From positions 1,431 through 65,430 of the forward strand of contig JBKGZA010000001.1 of NCBI GenBank assembly GCA_046545815.1: a stretch of 64,000 nucleotides of DNA, in the 5' to 3' direction. Positions within the stretch are counted from its first letter, which is position 1, and each line of letters starts with the position of its first letter. A program made the position numbers and the translations under genes. Shown piece by piece: positions 30,201-39,024 of this stretch. The notes under the pieces were generated by a model. It was given only the letters and a program-made list of their open reading frames with translations, had not been told where the DNA came from and did no database searches. Source of the DNA: Bacteroidales bacterium (GTDB taxonomy: Bacteria > Bacteroidota > Bacteroidia > Bacteroidales > UBA12077).

Positions 30201-30351
30201 ATATCTCAAAATGCGGGGTTTCATATATCTCAAAATCAAATTGTTCATAATTCACTTTATTCTGTCCAAAATATTGGCCAAACGTAAAAAAAGGAAGGAC
30301 CATCAATCCCGCACCCACGAAGCCAGTGAAAAACAGTCTTCTTAACATCAT
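27295..30351 (-). CDS. Fusion protein: MA-clan zinc-peptidase-like domain + PD40/TolB-like beta-propeller repeats + C-terminal beta-barrel-like region
   Basis: Signal peptide. HEMIH (nt 29926-29940) followed by EGMAEY. At least five SPDG/SPNG repeat motifs. Gly/Tyr-rich C-terminal ~380 aa ending in Trp. Confidence 0.6.
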   Translation of the reverse strand: MMLRRLFFTGFVGAGLMVLPFFTFGQYFGQNKVNYEQFDFEIYETPHFEIYNYMNSNDAIKRLGKQTEHWYDRHFAIFRDTITQNPLIAYNNHPDFQQTTVIGGQIGVGTGGVTEALRKRVVMPFMISNRETDHVLGHEMIHVFQYNMVKQNDTLGLQSLQNIPLWMIEGMAEYLSIGPSDDKTAMWMRDAILQDDIPSIEDMTRKPNEYFPYRYGHAFWSFITGVWGDAMIEPVLLATAKYGLDRAVNNLFGMTTDSLSNLWEKSVKKTYAPYIKEDTINTLGRTMFSPQTSGELNLSPVLSPDGKHMTFISNKNVITVDILMANTENREIIKKLTSAVRQGDIDNYNYIESAGSFSPNGERYVLTTIAKGRNRLLIADIEGDNVDVADEIDLKNIQAFDNPEWSPDGEKILLTGLVDGQSDLYTYHIQNGRIKQLTDDPYSDLHASWSPDGEKIAFVSERGPDTDFETPTYGKYRLCILDVETGDIELLPVFPDSDNFSPQFSPDGESLYFLSHAEGLRNLYEYELETQNVYKLTDFITGISGITDLSPAYSVASETGEIAYTLYEDGKYSVYMAEPEDFERERVDRNLAEKGASFLPPGRDRVLNIVDNNLKRHSPISDASFNSKPYDPEFQLDYLGSTGAGVGSSQFGTYASGGVTALWSDVLKHHQLITNLQVQGEIYDFGGYVSYLNQESRLNWGGSLSHIPYRYSYYGFNPQDSIETSEGTVPVSNFIIQQTRIFHDQVALFGQYPLSKKLRFEAGGSLSRYSYMVQQINNYYHGNLLIDRKKERIPEEEPDPFYVGNTYLAYVGDDTNFGITGPLGGYRYRFQVGKMFASYDIATTQIDYRNYYFQNPWSFGIRALHYARYGPDANELYPLYVGDHYYVRGYSYNSYDQSQGYGSVYQNLNYMVGSKMGVINAEVRLPFSGPERLTYIKSKYLYTTLVGFIDGGFATESYDNLTFSWKPLSERNTPIFSAGVALRINLFGYAVLEPYAAIPFQRSDKNITFGLFIRGSGW

Positions 30352-30565
30352 AACTTTTCTATATTTATTTTACCAAATTAACAAAAAATCGTTATATTTA
30401 AAAATTAACAGAAACCACATAAAATGATGTACCACATGCTTAAACATACTCAACTTTTTCATAAATACAACGAATAATTATGGTTAAAGTTTATAATTGA
30501 TATAATTTTAGGCGCTGTTTATTAAATTGGTTGTTGTGAATTAGAATGAAATAAAACGAAAATTT

Positions 30566-31657
30566 ATGAAATCAAACACATTTTCAGTTATCATGGCCGG
30601 AGGTACAGGAACACGCTTCTGGCCCCTGAGCACTAAAAATAAACCCAAACAGTTCCTGGATATTCTTGGTACAGGAAGAACCTTGCTTCAGCAGACTTTT
30701 GACAGACTTTCAAAGATCTGTCCTGTGGAGAACATATATATTGTAACCAATGAATTATACCATGAACTGGTGAATGAACAATTACCAAAGCTGGAAGACA
30801 ATCAGATACTTCTGGAACCAGAAAAGAAGAATACAGCTCCCTGCATTGCTTATGCCAATTATAAAATCCAAAAAATCAACCCAGAGGCAAATATTGTAGT
30901 CTCTCCCTCAGACCATCTGATACAAAATGAGGAACAATTCCTTGAGGTACTGAAAGAAGGTTTGGATTTCACTGAGAACCACGATGCCCTGCTAACATTA
31001 GGGATTAAACCCCACCGGCCGGAGACCGGATACGGCTATATACAGAGGGAAAACAATCGGGAAGTGGACGGATATAAAAACCTTCACAAGGTTAAAACCT
31101 TTACAGAAAAACCCAATTACGATCTGGCAAAAAAGTTTTATGAGAGCGGGGAATATTCCTGGAATTCAGGAATATTCATCTGGTCTCTTAAATCCATCAT
31201 GAACTCATTCACCAAACACCTTCCTGATATCGATCAATTGTTCAGGGAAGGAGAAAACGTTTATCATACAGCGGAGGAATCAGATTTCATCGCCAACGTT
31301 TACTTCAAAAGCAAAAGTATTTCTATCGATTACGGGATTATGGAAAAATCAGAAAATGTATATGTACTGGCCTCCAATTTTGGGTGGGCAGATTTGGGCA
31401 CCTGGGGTTCGCTGCAGAAATTCCTTCACAAAGATGATAACGGAAATTCGGTATATGGTGACAACGTCATGTTATATGATGTAGAAGACTCTATTGTCAA
31501 TTTCTCCAATAACAAAATAGTGGTCATAAAAGGCCTGAAAGACTATATCATTGTAGAATCGGATAACAAGCTGATTATCTACAACAAAAAGGACGAACAG
31601 GAAATCAAACAGATTGTAGAAGAAATCAAAGAAAAAAAAGGGGAAGAATATATCTGA
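30566..31657 (+). CDS. Mannose-1-phosphate guanylyltransferase-type sugar nucleotidyltransferase
   Basis: GGTGTRFWPLS N-terminal motif. 363 aa with no cupin/isomerase domain. Confidence 0.8.
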   Translation: MKSNTFSVIMAGGTGTRFWPLSTKNKPKQFLDILGTGRTLLQQTFDRLSKICPVENIYIVTNELYHELVNEQLPKLEDNQILLEPEKKNTAPCIAYANYKIQKINPEANIVVSPSDHLIQNEEQFLEVLKEGLDFTENHDALLTLGIKPHRPETGYGYIQRENNREVDGYKNLHKVKTFTEKPNYDLAKKFYESGEYSWNSGIFIWSLKSIMNSFTKHLPDIDQLFREGENVYHTAEESDFIANVYFKSKSISIDYGIMEKSENVYVLASNFGWADLGTWGSLQKFLHKDDNGNSVYGDNVMLYDVEDSIVNFSNNKIVVIKGLKDYIIVESDNKLIIYNKKDEQEIKQIVEEIKEKKGEEYI

Positions 31658-31661
31658 AAAA

Positions 31662-31733
31662 AGAGAATTGACTGGCATTAAAAAATCCCGCACTATTTAC
31701 AGTGCGGGATTTTTTAATGCCAGTCAATTCTCT
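31662..31733. terminator. Perfect 33-bp inverted repeat (6-nt loop) between convergent genes; probable bidirectional terminator
   Basis: agagaattgactggcattaaaaaatcccgcact / atttac / agtgcgggattttttaatgccagtcaattctct. The arms are exact reverse complements. Confidence 0.7.
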
Positions 31734-31738
31734 GATTA

Positions 31739-32587
31739 CTAATATTCCCAAAGATCATGTTCAAATTCAAATATCTCCTCCCGTATCCTTTTAGCTTCAA
31801 GCAAAGATTGCTTGCCGGTGGTGTATTCATTAATCAGCCTGTCGCCGTGAACGTTTGTTTCCCGGACTACATATGAATTGAACCTCCTCTGCTGAAACCA
31901 GTCTTCATAGCTGATCCTTTGGGCATCATTCTGTCGGTTAAATACTTCAAAGTTCGCCAGCAGATCCCTTGCTTCAGGGTAATGAACCCAAAATGCCTGA
32001 CTTTTTCTCTCTTCTCCGGTATCATCATCAACGTATTCCCGGATTGGGCAAATTGAAACCACCCTAACTCTCATGTTTGAATATTTTCGATCAAATACCC
32101 ATTGCTCCTTAATCATATATTGCTTAATCTCGTCATATCGCACACCGGTTTTTATCGTAGTATCTTTGGTACTTCCATCCTCCTGCTGAATTTCCTGAGT
32201 TTCCTCTCCTGCACCCAATTCCTGTAATACTTCATCTGGTGTATAGGTTTCCTTAAGCTGATCGGTGTGATACGCCGTTATTTCCTCATTTTTTATGCCA
32301 TGTATAAGAACCTGAATCAGACTTTTGCGGTCTTCCATCTCTTCTTCCGGAAAATATAAAACCTGGTTCATTCGCTTCCGGCAGTCAATCATCTGCCATA
32401 ATTTCTTGGACCACATCACGTCCGCTTCTCTGATGGAAACATAATCAAGCGGCTTTTTCTCGGGCACATTTTCTTTGGTATATATATTGTCGTCTACCTC
32501 CTGCGCCCCAACCCTTTCAGGATTTACCGCAAAAACCATTGCACCTAACAAGAAAAACAGAACTAGTCGTTTCATAAATTTATCCAT
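31739..32587 (-). CDS. gldN: T9SS/gliding periplasmic ring protein GldN (PorN)
   Basis: 282 aa with a signal peptide. Last gene of the gldKLMN-ordered block. The call rests on position and size. Confidence 0.8.
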   Translation of the reverse strand: MDKFMKRLVLFFLLGAMVFAVNPERVGAQEVDDNIYTKENVPEKKPLDYVSIREADVMWSKKLWQMIDCRKRMNQVLYFPEEEMEDRKSLIQVLIHGIKNEEITAYHTDQLKETYTPDEVLQELGAGEETQEIQQEDGSTKDTTIKTGVRYDEIKQYMIKEQWVFDRKYSNMRVRVVSICPIREYVDDDTGEERKSQAFWVHYPEARDLLANFEVFNRQNDAQRISYEDWFQQRRFNSYVVRETNVHGDRLINEYTTGKQSLLEAKRIREEIFEFEHDLWEY

Positions 32588-32608
32588 TTTAAATTATTCT
32601 TTATATGC

Positions 32609-34261
32609 TTATTGAATCGTAAACGTGATCGGATCTAGATCCTTAGCAGAACCATCAGGCCCTACTGCCTGCAAATCCTCAAAATTAACCTTTCGCCCCC
32701 TTGCCAGATTATTATCGAACCAATTGCGGACCTCCTGGTCAAACTGGTTACCCTCTTTTCTCAGCGTTTTTACATAACCGCCTTTGTCGGTGGTTGTAAT
32801 CGTATATTGAGTAACTTCGTACTCCAAATCAAACAGAAAATCTTCCATAACTGCAAAAATGCCACTTTGTGCCTTAAGGACCTCTTCGCTAATGTCTCCT
32901 CCGCCTTGCTCGGCAATCTGCGCAGAAGGCGTAGGCAACTCTTCTACTCTGAAATTCTTGGAACCAAAGGACCGGGTCCGGCCATTCATTTCAGCCTCTA
33001 CGGTTATCACACACTCCTGACCGACATCGCTTGGTTCAACCTCGAATTCACCGGCTCCGGTTCTACGGATATCACCATTTTGTACACTGGGGCGAATCTT
33101 ACCGGGTGGAACACTTGGAAGAGAAATGCTCACCGGATTTGGAATGCCTACATAAAATACATTCATTTTGGTAGGGGATATCACAAGGTTCGGTCTGACC
33201 ACCTCATACTCTTGCCGGAAAGGTTTTTTGATAAAATTTCCTTCGGGTCCCATTAATTTTATAATGCCACCCCATTCATGCATGCCTGTCTGATTGGCAG
33301 GTCGTGAAAACTTTCCTTTTCCGTTTACCACAGATAAAGTATCGTCAACCTCAGACATAACCACTTCATAGCTTCCGTCTTCCTGACGAACACTGTCCCA
33401 TTCTCCGATTATAACCTGTGGAGGAGCAGTGGTGTCTCTTGCAGCAAGAAATACATCTGCGGAATATTCATTTCCCTGAACGAGATAATTGGAATTGGGA
33501 ATCACTGTAGCCTCTAATTTATTGAATGAGAATGATCCGGCTTCTATCTGATTGTACAAATATTGTATCGCCTCAGATTCAGCATTTCTTACATCCGATT
33601 GTAATGTACTTATAACTGGTAATACGGCACCAAGGGGTATATCATAAAAATGTTTAACCTCCCAGCTTTTCTGTTCACGTCCCTCGGCAGGAGTAGGATC
33701 TGATGTATCCAAAGCTTCTTCAAGGGTCTCTATAATCTTTGTGTCTTCTTCATCAACAAACCCCAATAAAAATTCCCTGAATTCACTAATACTGTCTTTA
33801 AGCTGATAAGCTTTCCCATCAAAATTCTCACCGATCATCACCCGGGTTACCATATCCCATTTATCTTCTCCCACTACATTTTCATGCAAAACCTTTATTT
33901 TCCCGTCTTCTTCTACCAGTGCGGTATTCTCCTCTATATTCTCTCCCTGGTTTTTCTTAAGCATCTCCACTTTTAAATTCTGCATAAAATTATATAAACT
34001 ATCCGCCCGGACTCTTACTTCAAAAGCCTTATTCTTCCATTCTCTGGCTTTTTCTTCGTTTTTAGTCATCTCCTGCTCGAATTCCTTATAAGTTGCCTGA
34101 TTTTTCTTGGAAAAATTTTCTGTGGTGCTTTTTATGCCTTCATTAACCAGACGAAATGCATCCAGTACTTCAGCCGATACATTCAGTGCCAACATAGCCG
34201 TGAGCACCAAATACATCATGCCAACCATCTTCTGTCTGGGAGTTTCGTTACCACCTGCCAT
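32609..34261 (-). CDS. gldM: T9SS/gliding motor protein GldM (PorM)
   Basis: N-terminus MAGGNETPRQKMVGMMYLVLTAMLALNVS is the conserved GldM signature. 550 aa with a single TM helix. Confidence 0.92.
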   Translation of the reverse strand: MAGGNETPRQKMVGMMYLVLTAMLALNVSAEVLDAFRLVNEGIKSTTENFSKKNQATYKEFEQEMTKNEEKAREWKNKAFEVRVRADSLYNFMQNLKVEMLKKNQGENIEENTALVEEDGKIKVLHENVVGEDKWDMVTRVMIGENFDGKAYQLKDSISEFREFLLGFVDEEDTKIIETLEEALDTSDPTPAEGREQKSWEVKHFYDIPLGAVLPVISTLQSDVRNAESEAIQYLYNQIEAGSFSFNKLEATVIPNSNYLVQGNEYSADVFLAARDTTAPPQVIIGEWDSVRQEDGSYEVVMSEVDDTLSVVNGKGKFSRPANQTGMHEWGGIIKLMGPEGNFIKKPFRQEYEVVRPNLVISPTKMNVFYVGIPNPVSISLPSVPPGKIRPSVQNGDIRRTGAGEFEVEPSDVGQECVITVEAEMNGRTRSFGSKNFRVEELPTPSAQIAEQGGGDISEEVLKAQSGIFAVMEDFLFDLEYEVTQYTITTTDKGGYVKTLRKEGNQFDQEVRNWFDNNLARGRKVNFEDLQAVGPDGSAKDLDPITFTIQ

Positions 34262-34274
34262 TTAAAACAACATT

Positions 34275-35312
34275 TTAACTATTCGACATTACAGACATCG
34301 CAGAAAGCATATTCCCATAAACCATGTTGAGTTCAGCCAGGTTCTGATTTAACTTGGAAATTTCCTCCTTGTACTTCTTGGTCTCCTCTACGGAATCCTT
34401 CAGATCATTTACCATTTGATCCATATCCCCATAAAGATCCTTTGTATTTCTGGTGTGCTCGCTGGTTGCCTTTAACTCGAGCTCATAAGCTGAATTCAGC
34501 GCTGAAAGGTTATTATTAAGCGCTTCCAGGTTATCATTAAAATCGCTGGTGTTTTGGGAAAGATTGGCTCCGATATTTTGGGATATTTGATTGTAGGAAC
34601 CTGCAATATTATCCCCGGATTCTCTCATCTTATCAGCAAGGTATTTCCCGCTTTCCTGTATCTGTCCGGAAGTGTATTGCTCAGATTGCTGAACGTTATT
34701 GGCCGATTCCTGATAAACACTGCTCAACTGATCAATGGATTGATTTAGTGATTCTTTTGATTTATTATAGGATTCGGTCAACAGGTTCACCGACTCTGAG
34801 GCCGCCTGCATATTATTGACGTATTCCTCTGTGGCCATGCCGGCATCGACTGCATTATTCAGGTTTTTTGCCGTTTCATTGAATCGCTTCAAACCATCCC
34901 CTAACTTATCAAAAAGCTCAGGAGTGATTTCAGCATTTTCCATCATCTGATCAAATTTAGTAAGGCCTCCTCCTCCACCGGCAGCAGGTTGTCCATTACC
35001 TCCGCCCGGGTTATTGGCAATGGCTTCCCTTCTGGCCTTGTTCCTCTCTCTGGCTTCATCAGGATCTTCTTCTATGCCGGCTAATTCCGGATAGACAATC
35101 GACCAGTCAATCTCCTCCTTTGGCGGTTCAAAGGCAGAGAGGAAAAATATGATGGCCTCAGTGGTCAAGCCGATAATTAACATAGTACCCGCACCTTCCC
35201 AGTGCTGTAGCTTAAATAATGCACCCATAAGCACAATAGAGGCGCCAAATCCATATACTTTCGCCATGAATTTTTTCCATCCGGCAGATTGTAAAACTTC
35301 AGACATACTCAT
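34275..35312 (-). CDS. gldL: T9SS/gliding motor protein GldL (PorL)
   Basis: Two N-terminal TM helices (YGFGASIVLMGALFKLQHW; LTTEAIIFFLSAFEP with a membrane-embedded Glu) and a long cytoplasmic tail. ATG at 35312 or 35306; the TTG at 35324 is less likely. Confidence 0.9.
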   Translation of the reverse strand: MSMSEVLQSAGWKKFMAKVYGFGASIVLMGALFKLQHWEGAGTMLIIGLTTEAIIFFLSAFEPPKEEIDWSIVYPELAGIEEDPDEARERNKARREAIANNPGGGNGQPAAGGGGGLTKFDQMMENAEITPELFDKLGDGLKRFNETAKNLNNAVDAGMATEEYVNNMQAASESVNLLTESYNKSKESLNQSIDQLSSVYQESANNVQQSEQYTSGQIQESGKYLADKMRESGDNIAGSYNQISQNIGANLSQNTSDFNDNLEALNNNLSALNSAYELELKATSEHTRNTKDLYGDMDQMVNDLKDSVEETKKYKEEISKLNQNLAELNMVYGNMLSAMSVMSNS

Positions 35313-35369
35313 AACGCATAACAATTTTGGGCTTAAAAACTACTATAAACAATATACTTTACTTTTATT

Positions 35370-36707
35370 TTATTGCTGTTCCGATCCACCTAAATAAGAT
35401 CTTACTGATCTAAATCCAAGATATGATTTGGCAGTATCCTTATATTCATAGGTTCTTGTGCCGTTTTGCAGGTAATAACCTATATCTTTCCATGATCCGC
35501 CTTTAACTACTTTTCGCTTCATAGCCGGTGGATCGTCTTCTGTGGAATGATACTGATAATTCGGGTTCATATCATGGGTGAAAAAATATCCGGATTCGTC
35601 AAATGCATTTGCTGTCCATTCAGAAACATTACCCGCCATATCATACAAACCGTATTCATTGGGAGGGTAAGTACCAACTGGTTGACTAATTAACGCACCA
35701 TCATCCACATAATTGCCTCTCATGGGCTTAAAGTTTGCAAGAAAACATCCTTCTTTGTCTCTGGTATATGGACCACCCCATGGATATGGGCTTGAGTTAA
35801 GTTTTCCCCTGGCGGCATATTCCCACTCCGCTTCGGTTGGAAGCCGGTAATCCTGCACAGTCCCTTCTCCTTCACTTCTCAATTGGTCATTGAGGTACTT
35901 GGTTCGCCATATACAAAATGCACGGGCCTGCTCCCAGTCTACTCCCACAACCGGATAATCATCATAAGCAGGATGTGAAAAATACAGATCGGTATAAGGC
36001 TCATTGAAAGAATAGGTGAAATCTCTTACCCAAACCAGGGTATCCGGATAGGCATTAACTCTACCCCTCATTATGAATGACTGCCTGCTGTCAATTTCCA
36101 TACTTTCACCTTCGGCATTGACTACCGTGCCTTCATATTCCTGCGAATCAAAATTGTACTTATTGGATCTTTTTGCTGCCTGCTGGTAATCAATCCAGTA
36201 ATATTCATACATCAACTGACGGGTATCCAGTTGTTTTTTCCCAAACAACCGGTCATCCTCATCATAATACATCGAATTGATAATTTCCCTCTGAGCTTCA
36301 TCGGTAGGGTCAATTTCGGTTTCCCAGTTTATACGGGGCGGGTCAATAGGATTGCCGTACTGGTCTTCAGTGATCACGAATTCATCAATCTGTTCACCCA
36401 ATCTCCGGCGCAGTATGGAATCCTTCACATATTCTACAAATTGGCGGTATTCATTGTTGGTGATCTCGGTTTCATCCATCCAGAAAGCATCCACAGATAC
36501 CCGCTTAGTTTTTGTAGTCATTGCCCACGAAGCACTTTCATCACTTGGTCCCATTGTAAAGCTACCCATGGGGATGAAAACCATTCCGTAAGGCTGAGAT
36601 TCATACCAATCCGGCCTGTCCTGTACACCAGTCAACTCACCTTGTTGGTAGTTACTACAACTTACCAGTACTGAGAAAAGGACGATAATTAATGCTACTT
36701 TCTTCAT
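35370..36707 (-). CDS. gldK: T9SS/gliding lipoprotein GldK (PorK), FGE-sulfatase fold
   Basis: Lipobox LVSC. SUMF1/FGE-like motifs (AMTTKTKRVSVDAFWMDETEITN, VVKGGSW). 445 aa. Confidence 0.92.
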   Translation of the reverse strand: MKKVALIIVLFSVLVSCSNYQQGELTGVQDRPDWYESQPYGMVFIPMGSFTMGPSDESASWAMTTKTKRVSVDAFWMDETEITNNEYRQFVEYVKDSILRRRLGEQIDEFVITEDQYGNPIDPPRINWETEIDPTDEAQREIINSMYYDEDDRLFGKKQLDTRQLMYEYYWIDYQQAAKRSNKYNFDSQEYEGTVVNAEGESMEIDSRQSFIMRGRVNAYPDTLVWVRDFTYSFNEPYTDLYFSHPAYDDYPVVGVDWEQARAFCIWRTKYLNDQLRSEGEGTVQDYRLPTEAEWEYAARGKLNSSPYPWGGPYTRDKEGCFLANFKPMRGNYVDDGALISQPVGTYPPNEYGLYDMAGNVSEWTANAFDESGYFFTHDMNPNYQYHSTEDDPPAMKRKVVKGGSWKDIGYYLQNGTRTYEYKDTAKSYLGFRSVRSYLGGSEQQ

Positions 36708-36762
36708 AATATATCGGGGTTTATTTTGCAGAATAATTATTTACGTAAATTTTCAAATTTTG

Positions 36763-37710
36763 TTATAGAAATCTTATGCTTTTATACTTTTGTGTACTTT
36801 CATCGGATTCTACATCAAAGCAAAAGCCAACCATAATTTCATGAGAACCCTGATGGTATTTACTAATTTCAGAAACACCCAAATCATAGGAATAGCCTAC
36901 TCTAACCCAATTGAACAACCTGGCTCCGATCATTCCGGTAATCGTTTTATCCGTTCTCACTGAAACACCACCCCAAAACTTATTATTATAGGAGATGTGC
37001 GTATTCAGGCTAATTTGTGAATTAATTCCATCCGACTGCATCAATAAGGAAGGATTTAATTCAAATTTTGTATCGGATACCGGGAGATTGTATCCAGATA
37101 TCAGGTAATATTCCCTTCCAATTTTAGGACTGATTCCTCCTCCAGCCGGGGTAAAGGAAGGCTCATTAAGATGCGTCGAAGAAAATCCGACATACATCTC
37201 ATCTGTATGATAATACACACCAACGTCCAAATCCAATGCAATCTCATTTTTTACTTCCTGCGGAATGGCCGGATCATTGCTGGAATGAACCGATGTACCT
37301 GATGGAATCATCCAGTTGGGAGTCAGAGAATAATTGATCATACCCCCATTAACACCAAATGATAGGTTACCGTCCCATGCTTCGAAGCGATAAGCCAATG
37401 ATAGCTTGGCGCCTAAATTGTTATTAAATCCTATCTGGTCCTGGATAAGCGACAAACCTACACCGGCATTAATACCAAAAGGGCTTATGGCTGCATCAAC
37501 ATTAAATACACTAATCTCCGGCGCACCATCATCAAAACCATACCACTGTTGGCGGTGTAAAGCGGTTGCACAAATCTGTCCGTGGCTTCCGGTATAAGCA
37601 GGATTATATGACAACCGGGTAAACATATTCTGGCTGTATTGTGGACCCTGCTGACCCATGGCCTGCACAGACAGACCTATAAGTAAGATAAAAACTGCTT
37701 TGGTTCGCAT
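36763..37710 (-). CDS. porP: PorP/SprF-family T9SS outer-membrane protein
   Basis: 315 aa with a signal peptide, then QQGPQYSQNMFTRLSYNPAYTG, the characteristic PorP/SprF N-terminus. Beta-barrel pattern. Confidence 0.88.
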   Translation of the reverse strand: MRTKAVFILLIGLSVQAMGQQGPQYSQNMFTRLSYNPAYTGSHGQICATALHRQQWYGFDDGAPEISVFNVDAAISPFGINAGVGLSLIQDQIGFNNNLGAKLSLAYRFEAWDGNLSFGVNGGMINYSLTPNWMIPSGTSVHSSNDPAIPQEVKNEIALDLDVGVYYHTDEMYVGFSSTHLNEPSFTPAGGGISPKIGREYYLISGYNLPVSDTKFELNPSLLMQSDGINSQISLNTHISYNNKFWGGVSVRTDKTITGMIGARLFNWVRVGYSYDLGVSEISKYHQGSHEIMVGFCFDVESDESTQKYKSIRFL

Positions 37711-37903
37711 AAACCTTGTGTATCCTCGAATTAATACTGAACGTAAAGAAAATAAAAATTATTCTTTACGCCAAAATTTATCAACATCAAATGTTAATAA
37801 CCCTCGCAATCCCCTTATACTAATTTTTATGACTTAAGGTTACTTTTTTGGGGAAATTTTTATGGGGAGCGTAGATTCATTCTTGATCAAACAGCGCTTA
37901 TAA

Positions 37904-39016
37904 TTAATAAAAATTTAATTTTTGATAAGCCTTTAACCAACGCTCAGGTATTTCATGCCGGGAGGCCTGCTCATAATCGGAGTGATTACAGGGAAATACA
38001 TAACTGCTGAATCCCTCTTTTCTATCGGGTATTTCCATCCACCATCGAAAAGTTTGTTCACTTTTGTAAAAGGTGATCCGATGGTCATCAAGACTTACCT
38101 GGAACTTCTGAAAGTGCTGGTCTGCATAGGGATGCTCATGATACCTTAACAAAAACCCCTCAATGGAGAACCACAACACTTGGGCGATCATTTTTGCAGT
38201 TACCCCACATCTGTCTCTTTCAGGGTAATAGTCAAATACGCCGAAAACATCGAGATTGTTGGCAAGCCCGCTATATCTGGCCAACTGACAGACTTCTTCA
38301 TTGTACAATCCATTGGGATATGAATCCAGTTGTCCTGGAGCTTCAGCATTTTTAATGGCATTGATCGAAATGCTGCAACCGTCGGAATCTCTCAAACAAG
38401 GCTCAGTCTCTTCCGGATATCCCCTCATTTTCCCGAGTCTAACAGACTCATATTGGTTTGTCTCTAACCATTTTTTTTGTGCCTGATTCAAATAATATAG
38501 CTGGCACCCCAGATTGTAATAGTTAAGAAGATCAAAATCCAGCATCTGATAGGGTAGATAATCTACCAAAGAGAACCAGGGTTCAACAATGGTATAAGCA
38601 TATTTTCCCTTTACCGTTTCATAATGCATCAAAATGCCCAGATTAAATATATTGGAACCTCCAAGCAATAAGGTAAAAACTTCTCTCTCCCTGAATAAAT
38701 CAAGAAGTTCCTTCAAGGAATACAAGGTTTCTCTTACATTCTCTCCCTTTTTCAGATTTCCTGTATCCACAATATTACAATTGCAGGTTTCATAACCGGC
38801 CAATAAATACAGCTCTTTTCTGACCAGATCGGAAGAACCTGTATATTCCAATTCCTTGTTCATAAAATAAGGGATACCCACAAGCGCAATATCACCTTTG
38901 TTCAGTGAATCAACAGAAAGATGCCCGCGATTAACAATGACCTGCTGGCCGAATTCACCCTCAGGTCCGGCAATAAAATTGCTGCTCAATGGGACAAGAT
39001 AATCACTTAGGTTCAT
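37904..39016 (-). CDS. Arginase/formimidoylglutamase-fold protein with degenerate metal-binding motifs
   Basis: Collinear with ureohydrolases, but GGDH reads GGSN, DAHxD reads VEPWFS, and SxDxD reads SISIN (before AEAPG). Confidence 0.55.
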   Translation of the reverse strand: MNLSDYLVPLSSNFIAGPEGEFGQQVIVNRGHLSVDSLNKGDIALVGIPYFMNKELEYTGSSDLVRKELYLLAGYETCNCNIVDTGNLKKGENVRETLYSLKELLDLFREREVFTLLLGGSNIFNLGILMHYETVKGKYAYTIVEPWFSLVDYLPYQMLDFDLLNYYNLGCQLYYLNQAQKKWLETNQYESVRLGKMRGYPEETEPCLRDSDGCSISINAIKNAEAPGQLDSYPNGLYNEEVCQLARYSGLANNLDVFGVFDYYPERDRCGVTAKMIAQVLWFSIEGFLLRYHEHPYADQHFQKFQVSLDDHRITFYKSEQTFRWWMEIPDRKEGFSSYVFPCNHSDYEQASRHEIPERWLKAYQKLNFY

Positions 39017-39024
39017 TAAAAAAA

